Position numbers and translations under genes: made by a program | Part shown: positions 53,108 through 62,738 of the stretch, in pieces | How positions within the stretch are numbered: position 1 is the stretch's first letter | How the letters are laid out: each line of letters opens with the position of its first letter | DNA from: Bacilli bacterium | Lineage (GTDB): Bacteria > Bacillota_I > Bacilli_A > RF39 > UBA660 | Assembly (NCBI GenBank): GCA_036342255.1 | Contig: JAZAUS010000008.1 | Coordinates: 7,661 to 71,660, forward strand | Direction: 5' to 3' | DNA: 64,000 nucleotides | The notes under the pieces: generated by a model | Database searches by the model: none | The model's input: only the letters and a program-made list of their open reading frames with translations | Told to the model about the DNA's origin: nothing

Positions 53108-54409
53108 TTAATGCTTTAATTCTTCTATTATTGTATTAGCTATGGCTTGAGCATATTCATCTTTTTTAGTTGTTATAATTGAGAAATCTTCTGGATTTGT
53201 TAAGTATCCTAATTCTATAACATAAGCTTCTACACCTACGTTACTATTATAGTATTTATTTACACCTACTTTTTCTGAATTGCTATCATCTACATAAGCA
53301 CCAGTCATTATTCCTCCTGATTCACGAATCATATACATGTAATTAGAGTTTTGGGTTACGTTATATCTTTTATATCCTTTACTATCATAATATGCCATGT
53401 TATCTGCTATTTCTCTTTTAGTAAAATTATGAGTATATAGGCCATAATCAACTCTATAGTTTGTTACAGCTGATGTATGGATATTTGTTTTTGCTATTAT
53501 ATTTTCTACTAGTTTTGCTGAAAAGTCATAGTTAATATTGGCAGCAGTGTAAATGCCAAGTCCTCTTATGCTTGTATTATTACTGCTATTTACTTTAAAT
53601 GATAGTAAATATTTTGCATGTGATTCTTGGCCAATTACAGCTCTACCTCCATCGTTATATTCATCAAAATATTCATTTTCTGATAGACTATTTTTGGTTC
53701 TTGTAAGTTTTACTTTTATATTTCTTTCTTCGAGTATTTCTTTTACTTTTTCTGATATGGCTAATGTTACAACTGATTCATTTGTACCATTAGCTATTAC
53801 TCCTTTATCTATTCCACCACATGCTGGATCAAGGACTATGTCATATGTTTTTTCTTTTGACTTTTTAATATTAATATTCATTGTTTTCTTTGTGGTGTTT
53901 ATTATTATTTTATTACCATATTTACTAGTTGTATAATATGTTGTGGTTTTATATGATGTTTCATTTTCTAAGGGATAATACTTGTCTTTAGCTGGTTTAT
54001 TATTTTTTTTATCTTTGGGATAAGAAAATTTTAAATATATATTATACTCTCCTCTTTTTATATCATCTAAATATAAAGAGGTGTTCATTTCATCAGATAT
54101 GTTAAATTTTACTGTTGTTATGTTCTTTTTATATTTTATGGGATATTTTAGTTGTTGACCTGTTTTTTTGTTCCAAAAAATTAGATTTACATCTTTAAAG
54201 TTTGCATTTACTTTTTTTATAATACCTACCATGTTTAGGTGTTGGCCATATATATAATATTCTGATATAGTTGCATGGTTTTTTTCTGTTTCTAGCTTAG
54301 GTTTTATACTTGGAAGGTATTGGTTTTGATAATAATAATTGCAACTAAAGCTAATAATTATAATTATTAATAAAAAGGCTAGAATTTTTTTCAAATTATA
54401 CACCTCCAA
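53108..54409 (-). CDS. Amidase_3-like (N-acetylmuramoyl-L-alanine amidase family) protein with non-canonical metal ligands
   Basis: TM anchor. IVLDPACGGIDKG (canonical DPGHGG), LLSFKVNSS (canonical SIHxNA), YVIELGYLTNPED. Confidence 0.6.
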   Translation of the reverse strand: MEVYNLKKILAFLLIIIIISFSCNYYYQNQYLPSIKPKLETEKNHATISEYYIYGQHLNMVGIIKKVNANFKDVNLIFWNKKTGQQLKYPIKYKKNITTVKFNISDEMNTSLYLDDIKRGEYNIYLKFSYPKDKKNNKPAKDKYYPLENETSYKTTTYYTTSKYGNKIIINTTKKTMNINIKKSKEKTYDIVLDPACGGIDKGVIANGTNESVVTLAISEKVKEILEERNIKVKLTRTKNSLSENEYFDEYNDGGRAVIGQESHAKYLLSFKVNSSNNTSIRGLGIYTAANINYDFSAKLVENIIAKTNIHTSAVTNYRVDYGLYTHNFTKREIADNMAYYDSKGYKRYNVTQNSNYMYMIRESGGIMTGAYVDDSNSEKVGVNKYYNSNVGVEAYVIELGYLTNPEDFSIITTKKDEYAQAIANTIIEELKH

Positions 54410-55706
54410 TATTAATTTGCAATAATCTATTTAATTCAACGGCATATTCCATTGGTAATTCTTCTCTAAATTCATTTACAAAACCTAGAATTATTAATTC
54501 TTTTGCTTTTTCTTCACTTAGTCCTCTAGACATTAAATAAAATAATTTATCTTCACTTATTTTACTTATTGTAGCTTCATGTTCAAGGGAAGATGATTTG
54601 TTATCCACAATGTTTGTGGGAAAAGTATCACTTTTTGACTCTTTATCTATTAGAATGGTATCACATTGAACATGAGCTTGTGAGTTATGAGCGTTTTTTG
54701 AGATATATACTTTGCCTCGATAGGTAGCATTTCCTCCATTAGAAGCTATTGATTTGGATATTATATTGCTTTTGGTATATGGGGCTAAATGTATCATTTT
54801 AGCTCCTGTATCTTGTATTTGACCTTTACCTGCTCCGGCTACTGTTATACATGTTCCTCTAGCATTTGGTCCATTTAGTATACAGGCTGGGTATTTCATA
54901 TTAGTTTTTGACCCTACATTACCATCTATCCATTCCATTAGTCCATTTTCTTCAACAATGGCTCTTTTTGTTACTAAGTTATATACATCACTTGACCAGT
55001 TTTGAATTGTTGTGTATCTACATTTGGCATTTTTTTCTATGAATATTTCTACGACAGCTGCATGCAAGGCATCTTCTGTATATGTGGGAGCTGTACAACC
55101 TTCTATATAATGTAGTTCACTTCCTTGATCAACTATAATTAGTGTTCTTTCAAATTGTCCCATATTCTTGCTATTGATACGAAAATAACTTTGTAATGGT
55201 CTATCTAATTTTGTATGTGGTGGAATATAAATAAAAGTTCCTCCACTCCATACAGCTCCGTTTAATGCTGTAAATTTATTTTCGTTATACTTTACTAATT
55301 TTCCAAAATATTTCTTAAATAGATCTGGATGCTGTTTAAGAGCTGTATCAGTATCAAGAAATATTACATTTTTTTCTTCTAATTCTTTTATCATATTGTG
55401 ATAGATTACTTCGCTATCGAATTGGGCTCCCATGCCATCAAGATATTTTTTTTCAGCATCTATTACTCCTAAATCATCAAAGATGTTTCTAACAGAACAA
55501 GATATTTTTTCCCAATCATTAGTTAATTCTTCATCTCTTTTTTTATAATAGTTTATACTATCATAATCTATATCTAGTTTTGGGCCAAAGCTTGGATTAG
55601 GAGCTTTTTGAAAAAAATCAAAAGCTTGTAATCTTAAGTCTAGCATCCATTGTTGTTCTTCTTTGATGGTTGATATTTGTTTGATATCATCAATTGTTAA
55701 TTTCAT
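54396..55706 (-). CDS. sufB: Fe-S cluster assembly protein SufB
   Basis: FIYIPPHTKLDRPLQSYFRIN, GQFERTLIIVDQGSELHYIEGCTAP, ALHAAVVEIF. Confidence 0.85.
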   Translation of the reverse strand: MKLTIDDIKQISTIKEEQQWMLDLRLQAFDFFQKAPNPSFGPKLDIDYDSINYYKKRDEELTNDWEKISCSVRNIFDDLGVIDAEKKYLDGMGAQFDSEVIYHNMIKELEEKNVIFLDTDTALKQHPDLFKKYFGKLVKYNENKFTALNGAVWSGGTFIYIPPHTKLDRPLQSYFRINSKNMGQFERTLIIVDQGSELHYIEGCTAPTYTEDALHAAVVEIFIEKNAKCRYTTIQNWSSDVYNLVTKRAIVEENGLMEWIDGNVGSKTNMKYPACILNGPNARGTCITVAGAGKGQIQDTGAKMIHLAPYTKSNIISKSIASNGGNATYRGKVYISKNAHNSQAHVQCDTILIDKESKSDTFPTNIVDNKSSSLEHEATISKISEDKLFYLMSRGLSEEKAKELIILGFVNEFREELPMEYAVELNRLLQINIGGV

Positions 55707-55792
55707 AATATCACCTAATTTCTTCTATTATTATACATCAGGTTGTTAAAAATAAAAAGGAATTTTGTCTTTTTGGACAAAATTCCTGTATA

Positions 55793-56983
55793 TTAATTTG
55801 TTGTAAATAAGAGAAAGGCAATAATGAATGAGAAGGCAAATACTATTCCTAAGGCTAATACGATGTGAAATATATCTGCATAACCAGCATTTTGTTGATT
55901 TCTTTCAATAATTGCTTTTTCATTTAGTATTCTTTCAAAATAATTAATATTGGTTACAATATTATTAATAAGCATGTTATAGCTATTTAAATCTAAATTA
56001 TATTTAAATATCATTGATGCTGTATTTAGTATTTTATCTTTGTTATTTAGTATATAAGTAACTTTCTTTTCTATTTTATCATAATAATTGTAAAATAGGC
56101 ATTCCATTAATTCATAGCGATTACATGTTATACCATTAAATGATAAGATGTCATTATTTTTTAAAATAGATGGAAAGGCATTATCGAATAAAGGTGCATA
56201 TTTATATCTTTTTGTTTCCTTGTCACATAAGATTCCATAATCTTTAAAATTTCTTTCACTTTGATTAATTAGGCAATCATAGATAATCATTTCAAAATAT
56301 TTTTCTTCTATTTGTTTGAAATCTTCTTCTGTAATACTAGGAAGACTTTTTAATATTTTTAGTCCATAATCAATTGCTGTTACATAATCCTCTTTTGTAT
56401 TAGCTACTTTTAGTTGTTCACTTTTTTCGAACCATTCTTCCTTTTTGTATTTGCCAGCATTTATTAGTTTGAAAAATCTTTTGTTTAGATTTTCTAAATC
56501 ATAAAATTCATCTTCATTTATTATATTTTTTATAACTATAGAATTTTTTTCTTTATTAGCATTATATACTCTATATTCTTCTTCTATTTCAAATCCAAGA
56601 GCGCTACCAAATTGGCATAAAGATATTTCTATATCATCAACTTGAGTATGCTTTTGATAGCCTTTGAAGCTATTATCTACTATTACTTCTGATTTTTCAG
56701 GATTTGTTACTGCTATACTAACTGGTTGAAGATAAAAATTGCTATTTTGGTCAAAGGCTGTAATATAATAATTTTTCCCTTCTGGTAATGCAGGAGTATT
56801 AGCAATAATATTTTTTAAGTTGTTTTGAAAGCGATAGAAATCGCAGGTATTTGTTATTTCTTTAATAATAATATTTTGATCTCTGGTGTCGCTTTGATAT
56901 TTGGTTGTTATTAGATTGAATTGTTCTGCTGTTAGATTATAGCCTTTGCTTATTTGATTTATTAGATTTAAATTATTATTCAT
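55793..56983 (-). CDS. Hypothetical tail-anchored protein, weak HipA_C-like kinase fold resemblance
   Basis: INQSERNFKDYGIL..YAPLFDNAF loosely parallels GNxDRHxxNxG..LAPxYD. C-terminal TM helix IVLALGIVFAFSFIIAFLLF. Confidence 0.35.
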   Translation of the reverse strand: MNNNLNLINQISKGYNLTAEQFNLITTKYQSDTRDQNIIIKEITNTCDFYRFQNNLKNIIANTPALPEGKNYYITAFDQNSNFYLQPVSIAVTNPEKSEVIVDNSFKGYQKHTQVDDIEISLCQFGSALGFEIEEEYRVYNANKEKNSIVIKNIINEDEFYDLENLNKRFFKLINAGKYKKEEWFEKSEQLKVANTKEDYVTAIDYGLKILKSLPSITEEDFKQIEEKYFEMIIYDCLINQSERNFKDYGILCDKETKRYKYAPLFDNAFPSILKNNDILSFNGITCNRYELMECLFYNYYDKIEKKVTYILNNKDKILNTASMIFKYNLDLNSYNMLINNIVTNINYFERILNEKAIIERNQQNAGYADIFHIVLALGIVFAFSFIIAFLLFTTN

Positions 56984-57065
56984 ATTATCACTATCCTATT
57001 TTTTTAATTATATCATTATTATTATTAAAATAAAAGAGAAAAAATGAATATTTTTCTCTTTTATT

Positions 57066-59162
57066 TTATAATTTGCTTATACTTCGATGATTTTTTATGA
57101 ATTTTTTTACTCCTATGGGATGTGGAAATGCTATTGTTATTAGGCTTTTGTCTATATTAGTAACAACGCCTTCTCCATAATCAACGTGTTTTACATGGTC
57201 TCCTATTTGGTAATTGGCATCAAAATTATTTAACATGTTTTTCTTGCTAAATTTTGCTACTTTTGTAAAAATAGAAGTTGTTTTTTTGTCTGTTTCTATA
57301 TATTTAGGGTCTATTTCATTTATAAATCTACTTGGTGCATTGACATTTGTTTGTCCATATAGAAGTCTTTTTTTACAGTTAATTATCCAAAGATCTTTTT
57401 TTGCTCTTGTTATGGCTACATAGCATAATCTTCTTTCCTCTTCAATTGCATCATTTGTTCCTTCCATTATAGAATTATAGTGAGGAAATATTCCTTCTTC
57501 CATACCAATTACGAAGACGTAATCAAATTCTAAGCCTTTTACAGAATGAACTGTCATTAAACTTACTTTATCTTTGCCATCTTTGTGTTCCGTTACATCT
57601 GCTACTAGTGATACTTCGTTTAGGAAATCATCTAGAGATATTTCGCCAAAATCTTCTTCATAATTTTTGGTTATAGATTTGAATTCTTCTAGGTTTTCTA
57701 ATCTTATTTCATTTTCTAGTGTTTTTTCTTTGGTTAATTCTTCTCTTATGCCACTTTTTTCTAATATTTCTTCTACCATTTCTGTTAATGATAGGTTTTG
57801 ACAGTTTTTTTGTAAGTCTTGAATTATGTTTTTGAAGACTAATTCTTTTCCAGAATCAATAGCTTCAAACATGGATATATTTTGAGAATCAGCTTTCTCT
57901 GTGATATGGCCTATAGTTACGTTACCTATTCCTCTTTTTGGTACATTAATGACTCTCATTAAACTTACATCATCTTTTGGATTATTTATAAGGCGTAGGT
58001 AACATATTAGATCTTTTATTTCTTTACGATTGTAGAAGTAGAGGCTACCTATTATTTTATATGGTATGTTAGCTTTTAGCATTGATTCTTCTATTGCTCT
58101 TGATTGAGCATTAGTTCTATATAGAATAGCAATTTCATCATAAGTAGTCTTTTTTTCCTTGATAAGTTTTTTTATTTCTTTAGATACAAAATCACCTTCT
58201 GCTTTTTCATCATCTGTTTTTATATATTTTATTTTTTCTCCTTTATTGTTATTACTCCATAAATTCTTGTCTTTTCTTTGTTTATTATGTTTTATGATGG
58301 AATTGGCTGCATTTAATATATTTTGTGTTGAACGATAGTTTTCTTCTAGGAGAATTGTTTTACAATCGGGATAATCTTTTTCAAAATTTAAGATATTTTT
58401 GAAATTTGCTCCTCTAAAGGCATAGATGGCTTGATCATTATCTCCTACTACGAAGATGTTTCTATATTTTGAAGCTAGTATTTTACTGAATATATATTGA
58501 GCTTCATTAGTGTCTTGATACTCATCTATTAAAATATATTTATATTTTTCTTGATAGGAGTTTAAAATACTTGGGCTTGCTTTGAATAGTTTTATTGGTA
58601 ATACTAATAAATCATCGAAGTCTACGGAATTGCCTTGTTTTAGTTTTTCACAATATCTTTTATAAACTGTAACTATTTTGTGATCAAATTCTATTTTTTG
58701 GAAGTGATCAAGGCTAATTAATTCGTTTTTGGCTGAGCTTATTTTATTACGAATTAATTTAGCATTGTAAAATTTAGGATTCATATTTAAATCTTTCATT
58801 ATTTTTTTAATAACTGTTAATGTATCATCGCTGTCTAGGATGGTAAAGTTTTTGTCATATCCTAAAAATTCATAGTTTTCTTTAATAATTTTTAAGCCTA
58901 AGGAATGGAAAGTTGATATTTGGATGTAATAAGCATCGGGACCTATTAGTTTTACTACTCTTTCTTTCATTTCACGAGCTGCTTTATTGGTGAATGTTAT
59001 GGCTAAAATATTAGCAGGGGAAATGCCATTATCTATTAAATGGGCTACTCTTGACGTTAAAACTTTGGTTTTGCCTGATCCGGCTCCTGCTAGGACTAGC
59101 ATTGGTCCTTCAGTGTGTAAAACAGCTTCTTTTTGTTTTGGGTTTAGATTGTCTATATTCAT
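57066..59162 (-). CDS. pcrA: ATP-dependent DNA helicase PcrA/UvrD (SF1)
   Basis: Start reset to MNIDNLNPKQKEAV (AAAGGAAG-N7-ATG). AGAGSGKT, IDEYQDTN, VGDNDQAIYAFRGA, TVHSVKGLEFD, VAITRAK. Confidence 0.9.
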   Translation of the reverse strand: MNIDNLNPKQKEAVLHTEGPMLVLAGAGSGKTKVLTSRVAHLIDNGISPANILAITFTNKAAREMKERVVKLIGPDAYYIQISTFHSLGLKIIKENYEFLGYDKNFTILDSDDTLTVIKKIMKDLNMNPKFYNAKLIRNKISSAKNELISLDHFQKIEFDHKIVTVYKRYCEKLKQGNSVDFDDLLVLPIKLFKASPSILNSYQEKYKYILIDEYQDTNEAQYIFSKILASKYRNIFVVGDNDQAIYAFRGANFKNILNFEKDYPDCKTILLEENYRSTQNILNAANSIIKHNKQRKDKNLWSNNNKGEKIKYIKTDDEKAEGDFVSKEIKKLIKEKKTTYDEIAILYRTNAQSRAIEESMLKANIPYKIIGSLYFYNRKEIKDLICYLRLINNPKDDVSLMRVINVPKRGIGNVTIGHITEKADSQNISMFEAIDSGKELVFKNIIQDLQKNCQNLSLTEMVEEILEKSGIREELTKEKTLENEIRLENLEEFKSITKNYEEDFGEISLDDFLNEVSLVADVTEHKDGKDKVSLMTVHSVKGLEFDYVFVIGMEEGIFPHYNSIMEGTNDAIEEERRLCYVAITRAKKDLWIINCKKRLLYGQTNVNAPSRFINEIDPKYIETDKKTTSIFTKVAKFSKKNMLNNFDANYQIGDHVKHVDYGEGVVTNIDKSLITIAFPHPIGVKKFIKNHRSISKL

Positions 59163-59195
59163 TTTACTACTTCCTTTCAAAAAAAAGAGAAAATG

Positions 59196-60260
59196 TTAAA
59201 CTAATTTCTCTTTAGGGGAATTTATAACAGGGGCTGGTATTTTTTCATTTAAATAAATTCCTATTTTTTTATTATCAATATTTTTTATTATTTCATCATA
59301 AGATAATTCTACAAAACTTGTCCTACTATAATTATAACTATAGTATTTGTTGTTATGACTTATGAGAATAAAGTGTTCTTTATTCTCATATATATTATTT
59401 ATAAACAAATTATTGATATAGATATTATAGTTAGGACAATACTTTTGAAAAATTATATTATATATTATTCCTAATTCGATTGGTTTTATATCATTTACTT
59501 TTATAATATTTTGAGTTTTTAAGAGAATATCTTTAATTAGTTGTTCATTATTATAATTTATATTTTTTAAAGCTTGTTCTATTTTTATTTCATTATAATC
59601 ATCTTTTATATATTTTATTTTTTTATCTAGTGATAAATCATCATTATGACCTAAAAAATTTTTTGTTTTAAATGTGGCTTGAATTAAAGGAATATCTTGA
59701 GTTATATCAGTTAAGATATCATTATTATTAATAGATAGAACATTTTTTTGATATCCTATATTGCTAGTTGCGATTAATTTACAATTGATATTCATAATAC
59801 GGCATAAGTAAAGATATATTTTAGCAAAAGAAATATTAGTTCCTTTTAAATTATATAGTGAGCCCCATATATTATTTATTGTATTAATAATTTTTAGGTT
59901 GAAAGTCTCATTTTTATCTGGAAGAATATTTATGTCATAGCCCATAATTTTACCAATGGTTATGTATAAATATCTTGATATTTCTAATTCATTTAAATCT
60001 TCAGGTATACCTGTAATAATATCAGAGATTAATAATTCAGCTTCTTTGAAGATATCATATGATACATATATATATCCTCTTTTACCTTCTAATAAGTCAG
60101 AATAAGAATAGTTTTGTCCATTCTTTATTAGATATTCGATTACTTCTCTATTGGGATTATAAATATCAATATTAAGATATTTAACCGTATTATTATTTTT
60201 TAATTTTTCAATATCTTCCATTGTTGATATATTCATAATTATCTGGGACTTATCTTTCAT
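59196..60260 (-). CDS. Hypothetical protein
   Basis: Start reset to MKDKSQI (GGTGAGAAT-ATG). No motif recognised. Confidence 0.4.
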   Translation of the reverse strand: MKDKSQIIMNISTMEDIEKLKNNNTVKYLNIDIYNPNREVIEYLIKNGQNYSYSDLLEGKRGYIYVSYDIFKEAELLISDIITGIPEDLNELEISRYLYITIGKIMGYDINILPDKNETFNLKIINTINNIWGSLYNLKGTNISFAKIYLYLCRIMNINCKLIATSNIGYQKNVLSINNNDILTDITQDIPLIQATFKTKNFLGHNDDLSLDKKIKYIKDDYNEIKIEQALKNINYNNEQLIKDILLKTQNIIKVNDIKPIELGIIYNIIFQKYCPNYNIYINNLFINNIYENKEHFILISHNNKYYSYNYSRTSFVELSYDEIIKNIDNKKIGIYLNEKIPAPVINSPKEKLV

Positions 60261-60595
60261 ATTCTCACCATAATAATTATATAACACTTATTTTGAAAAT
60301 AAAACCTAATTATACAGTAAGTTTACAATTATTTTTGAATAATTAAAAATCTTATCTTTAAGATAAGATTTTATATACTTAATAATTCTATTCTCCTTTA
60401 ATACTTTTTAGATAATTAAGAAATTTGTTTTCAAAATAGAAGTCCTTTATATTTAGATTATATTTCTTTAACCATATAAATATCATTCATTTGGAATTCT
60501 TCTTTAATATTAAAATTTAATTTTTTAGTATTTCTTTTTTACTATCAAGGCATCTGACACATATTTCTAATTCTTGCTTCATATATCATTTTCTT

Positions 60596-61123
60596 TTATT
60601 TAGAAAGTATTTTTATTACTACTAGTATACATACAATTATAGTTATTATGCCTAAGATTAATAATATTATATTATCATAATTACCTTTGTTTATGGGTTT
60701 ACTTTTTTTTATTTTTACTAGTGGTGTGTTAGGATTTGGAACATCTAGTTTATAATGTAGCATACACTCTCTTAAAAGTGTTTTATTATAAGTAGTTATA
60801 TAACATTTTTTTTGGTTAAATTTGTTAATGCCATTTAATTCTAAGTTAGTTAATTCTAGTCCTTGTTTTTTAAGATTTTCTAAACTAGTTTTATTTAAAA
60901 AAGTTGTGATAATATTTTCTAAAGCTCCTTTTTCATCATCTTTTATATTACTATCTAGAGTGTATCCTTGGCTATTTGTTACTAATCTTGATACAAATAT
61001 ATTGTCTTCATTAGGATCTCTTTCAATAGAATATAGGCAATAATCTATATTACCATATTTAAAAGTACATATTATTAAAGCCATCATTTTTATGTTATTG
61101 GTCTCATTTATTAATTCATACAT
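60596..61123 (-). CDS. Hypothetical protein with C-terminal TM anchor
   Basis: 175 aa. C-terminus IILLILGIITIIVCILVVIKIL. Confidence 0.4.
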   Translation of the reverse strand: MYELINETNNIKMMALIICTFKYGNIDYCLYSIERDPNEDNIFVSRLVTNSQGYTLDSNIKDDEKGALENIITTFLNKTSLENLKKQGLELTNLELNGINKFNQKKCYITTYNKTLLRECMLHYKLDVPNPNTPLVKIKKSKPINKGNYDNIILLILGIITIIVCILVVIKILSK

Positions 61124-61167
61124 ACTTACACCTCTATTATAATATTAACAAAAAAAAAGAAAAATGC

Positions 61168-62727
61168 CTAGTTTATTTGACTATTTTTCTTTAAATTTTC
61201 TAATTTTAACATTTTTTCTTGATTTTGTTGACGTCCTTTTGATAAATTTGTTTTTATGGTTTCGATTTTATATTGGTTATTAATAACTAATTCTTCTATT
61301 TTATTTAGTTTGGTTAAGGTATCTGAATAACCTGGTATTTGGCTGTTGTATTGGGCTAGAAATTCTGATTTAATATTATTTATAGTTGATAATGTATCAG
61401 ATACTAGTTTTGAAGTATAATCTATATCATTTATTTTATCTTTTAATTCTTCATCATAATTAATAGCACTATAGTGTATTTCTGTACTTCTTTCAGGAGT
61501 CATACTATTAAGCATGTTTCTAGCTAGTCTGTTGACAGCCATTGTACCTATGAAAATTCTTGGTACAACAGGCATTCTTTTTGATAAAGTCATAGTTGCT
61601 ATAAATTGTAAAGATCCATTTATTATATTATTTAATCCATTAAATCTAAATCTAGTTATTTCTTCTCTGGTAATATCATTTATTTTTGACATTATTTCTT
61701 CTAAACGAGCATTCTGTTCATTTATTTCATTATCACATTTGTCCATTACATTATCTAAAGTGCCAACACAATACTTTATACTTTTATATTTAGTATCTTT
61801 TTCTTCTAGTTCATTTTTTTTATCTTTATAGTTGTCTATTAGTTCATCACTTATTGCTTTTATATTTGTCAATTTGTTGTATAGTTCTTGATATTCTTTA
61901 AGTAATTTATATTCTTTTATAAGATTTTTATTAAAACTATTGTTTTCAACTAGATGTCTATATTCTATTATATCGTCTATAATTAATGTATCATTTAAAT
62001 CTATAACATTTCCAAGGTCATAGCTGGTTCTATAGATATTATATTCAGCTATGATTTCATTTATTTTTTGTATTGTTTCATTAATCTTTTCTTTTATATC
62101 TTTAATTTTTTCTAATTCTATTTCATATTCTGTTGATTCTTTTAAATTATATAATTCATTTTCTAATACTTCTAATTCGGCTAGTTTTTTAGAGAAATCA
62201 TTTTTAATTTTGGCTATTATTCTTTCTTTTAGTTCTTCTAAATACTTATCATCCTTTTTTTCTTCTTTTGAATCCTTTATAGGTGTTTCTTCTTTTTGAG
62301 TTTGATTATTATTATGATGATTTCTAAAGATGCCTTTATTTATATTTTTAATATGATTAGGTATTATAGTTTTATCTTTTGTTTCTTTTATTGATTCTTG
62401 TTCTGAATCTTTATTATAATTATTATCTTCTTCTTTGTAATTATCTTTTTGTTTTTGTTCTTTTGTTTCTTCCTTTAATTGGTCTTTCTTTATGAAGATT
62501 CCTTTTTTGTGATTTGTTCTTCTAACTATTACTAATTTGGTATTTTGTTGTTCTTTTTCTATATAGTCTTTTATTTCTTTTACTTTTTCTTCGACAAATT
62601 CTTTTTGTTCATCTTGTTGTCTTTGTTGTTTTAAAGCTTTTTCTCTTCTTATTTGGTTAATACGTTGTCGGAATTTGCCTAAAAGGCCTGTTGTTCCTGA
62701 TGATGTATCTTGATTGTCGTTATTCAT
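61168..62727 (-). CDS. Large coiled-coil protein, unknown function
   Basis: 519 aa, highly charged heptad repeats, one hydrophobic patch (LQFIATMTLSKRMPVVPRIFIGTMAV). Confidence 0.45.
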   Translation of the reverse strand: MNNDNQDTSSGTTGLLGKFRQRINQIRREKALKQQRQQDEQKEFVEEKVKEIKDYIEKEQQNTKLVIVRRTNHKKGIFIKKDQLKEETKEQKQKDNYKEEDNNYNKDSEQESIKETKDKTIIPNHIKNINKGIFRNHHNNNQTQKEETPIKDSKEEKKDDKYLEELKERIIAKIKNDFSKKLAELEVLENELYNLKESTEYEIELEKIKDIKEKINETIQKINEIIAEYNIYRTSYDLGNVIDLNDTLIIDDIIEYRHLVENNSFNKNLIKEYKLLKEYQELYNKLTNIKAISDELIDNYKDKKNELEEKDTKYKSIKYCVGTLDNVMDKCDNEINEQNARLEEIMSKINDITREEITRFRFNGLNNIINGSLQFIATMTLSKRMPVVPRIFIGTMAVNRLARNMLNSMTPERSTEIHYSAINYDEELKDKINDIDYTSKLVSDTLSTINNIKSEFLAQYNSQIPGYSDTLTKLNKIEELVINNQYKIETIKTNLSKGRQQNQEKMLKLENLKKNSQIN

Positions 62728-62738
62728 AATTACCTCCT

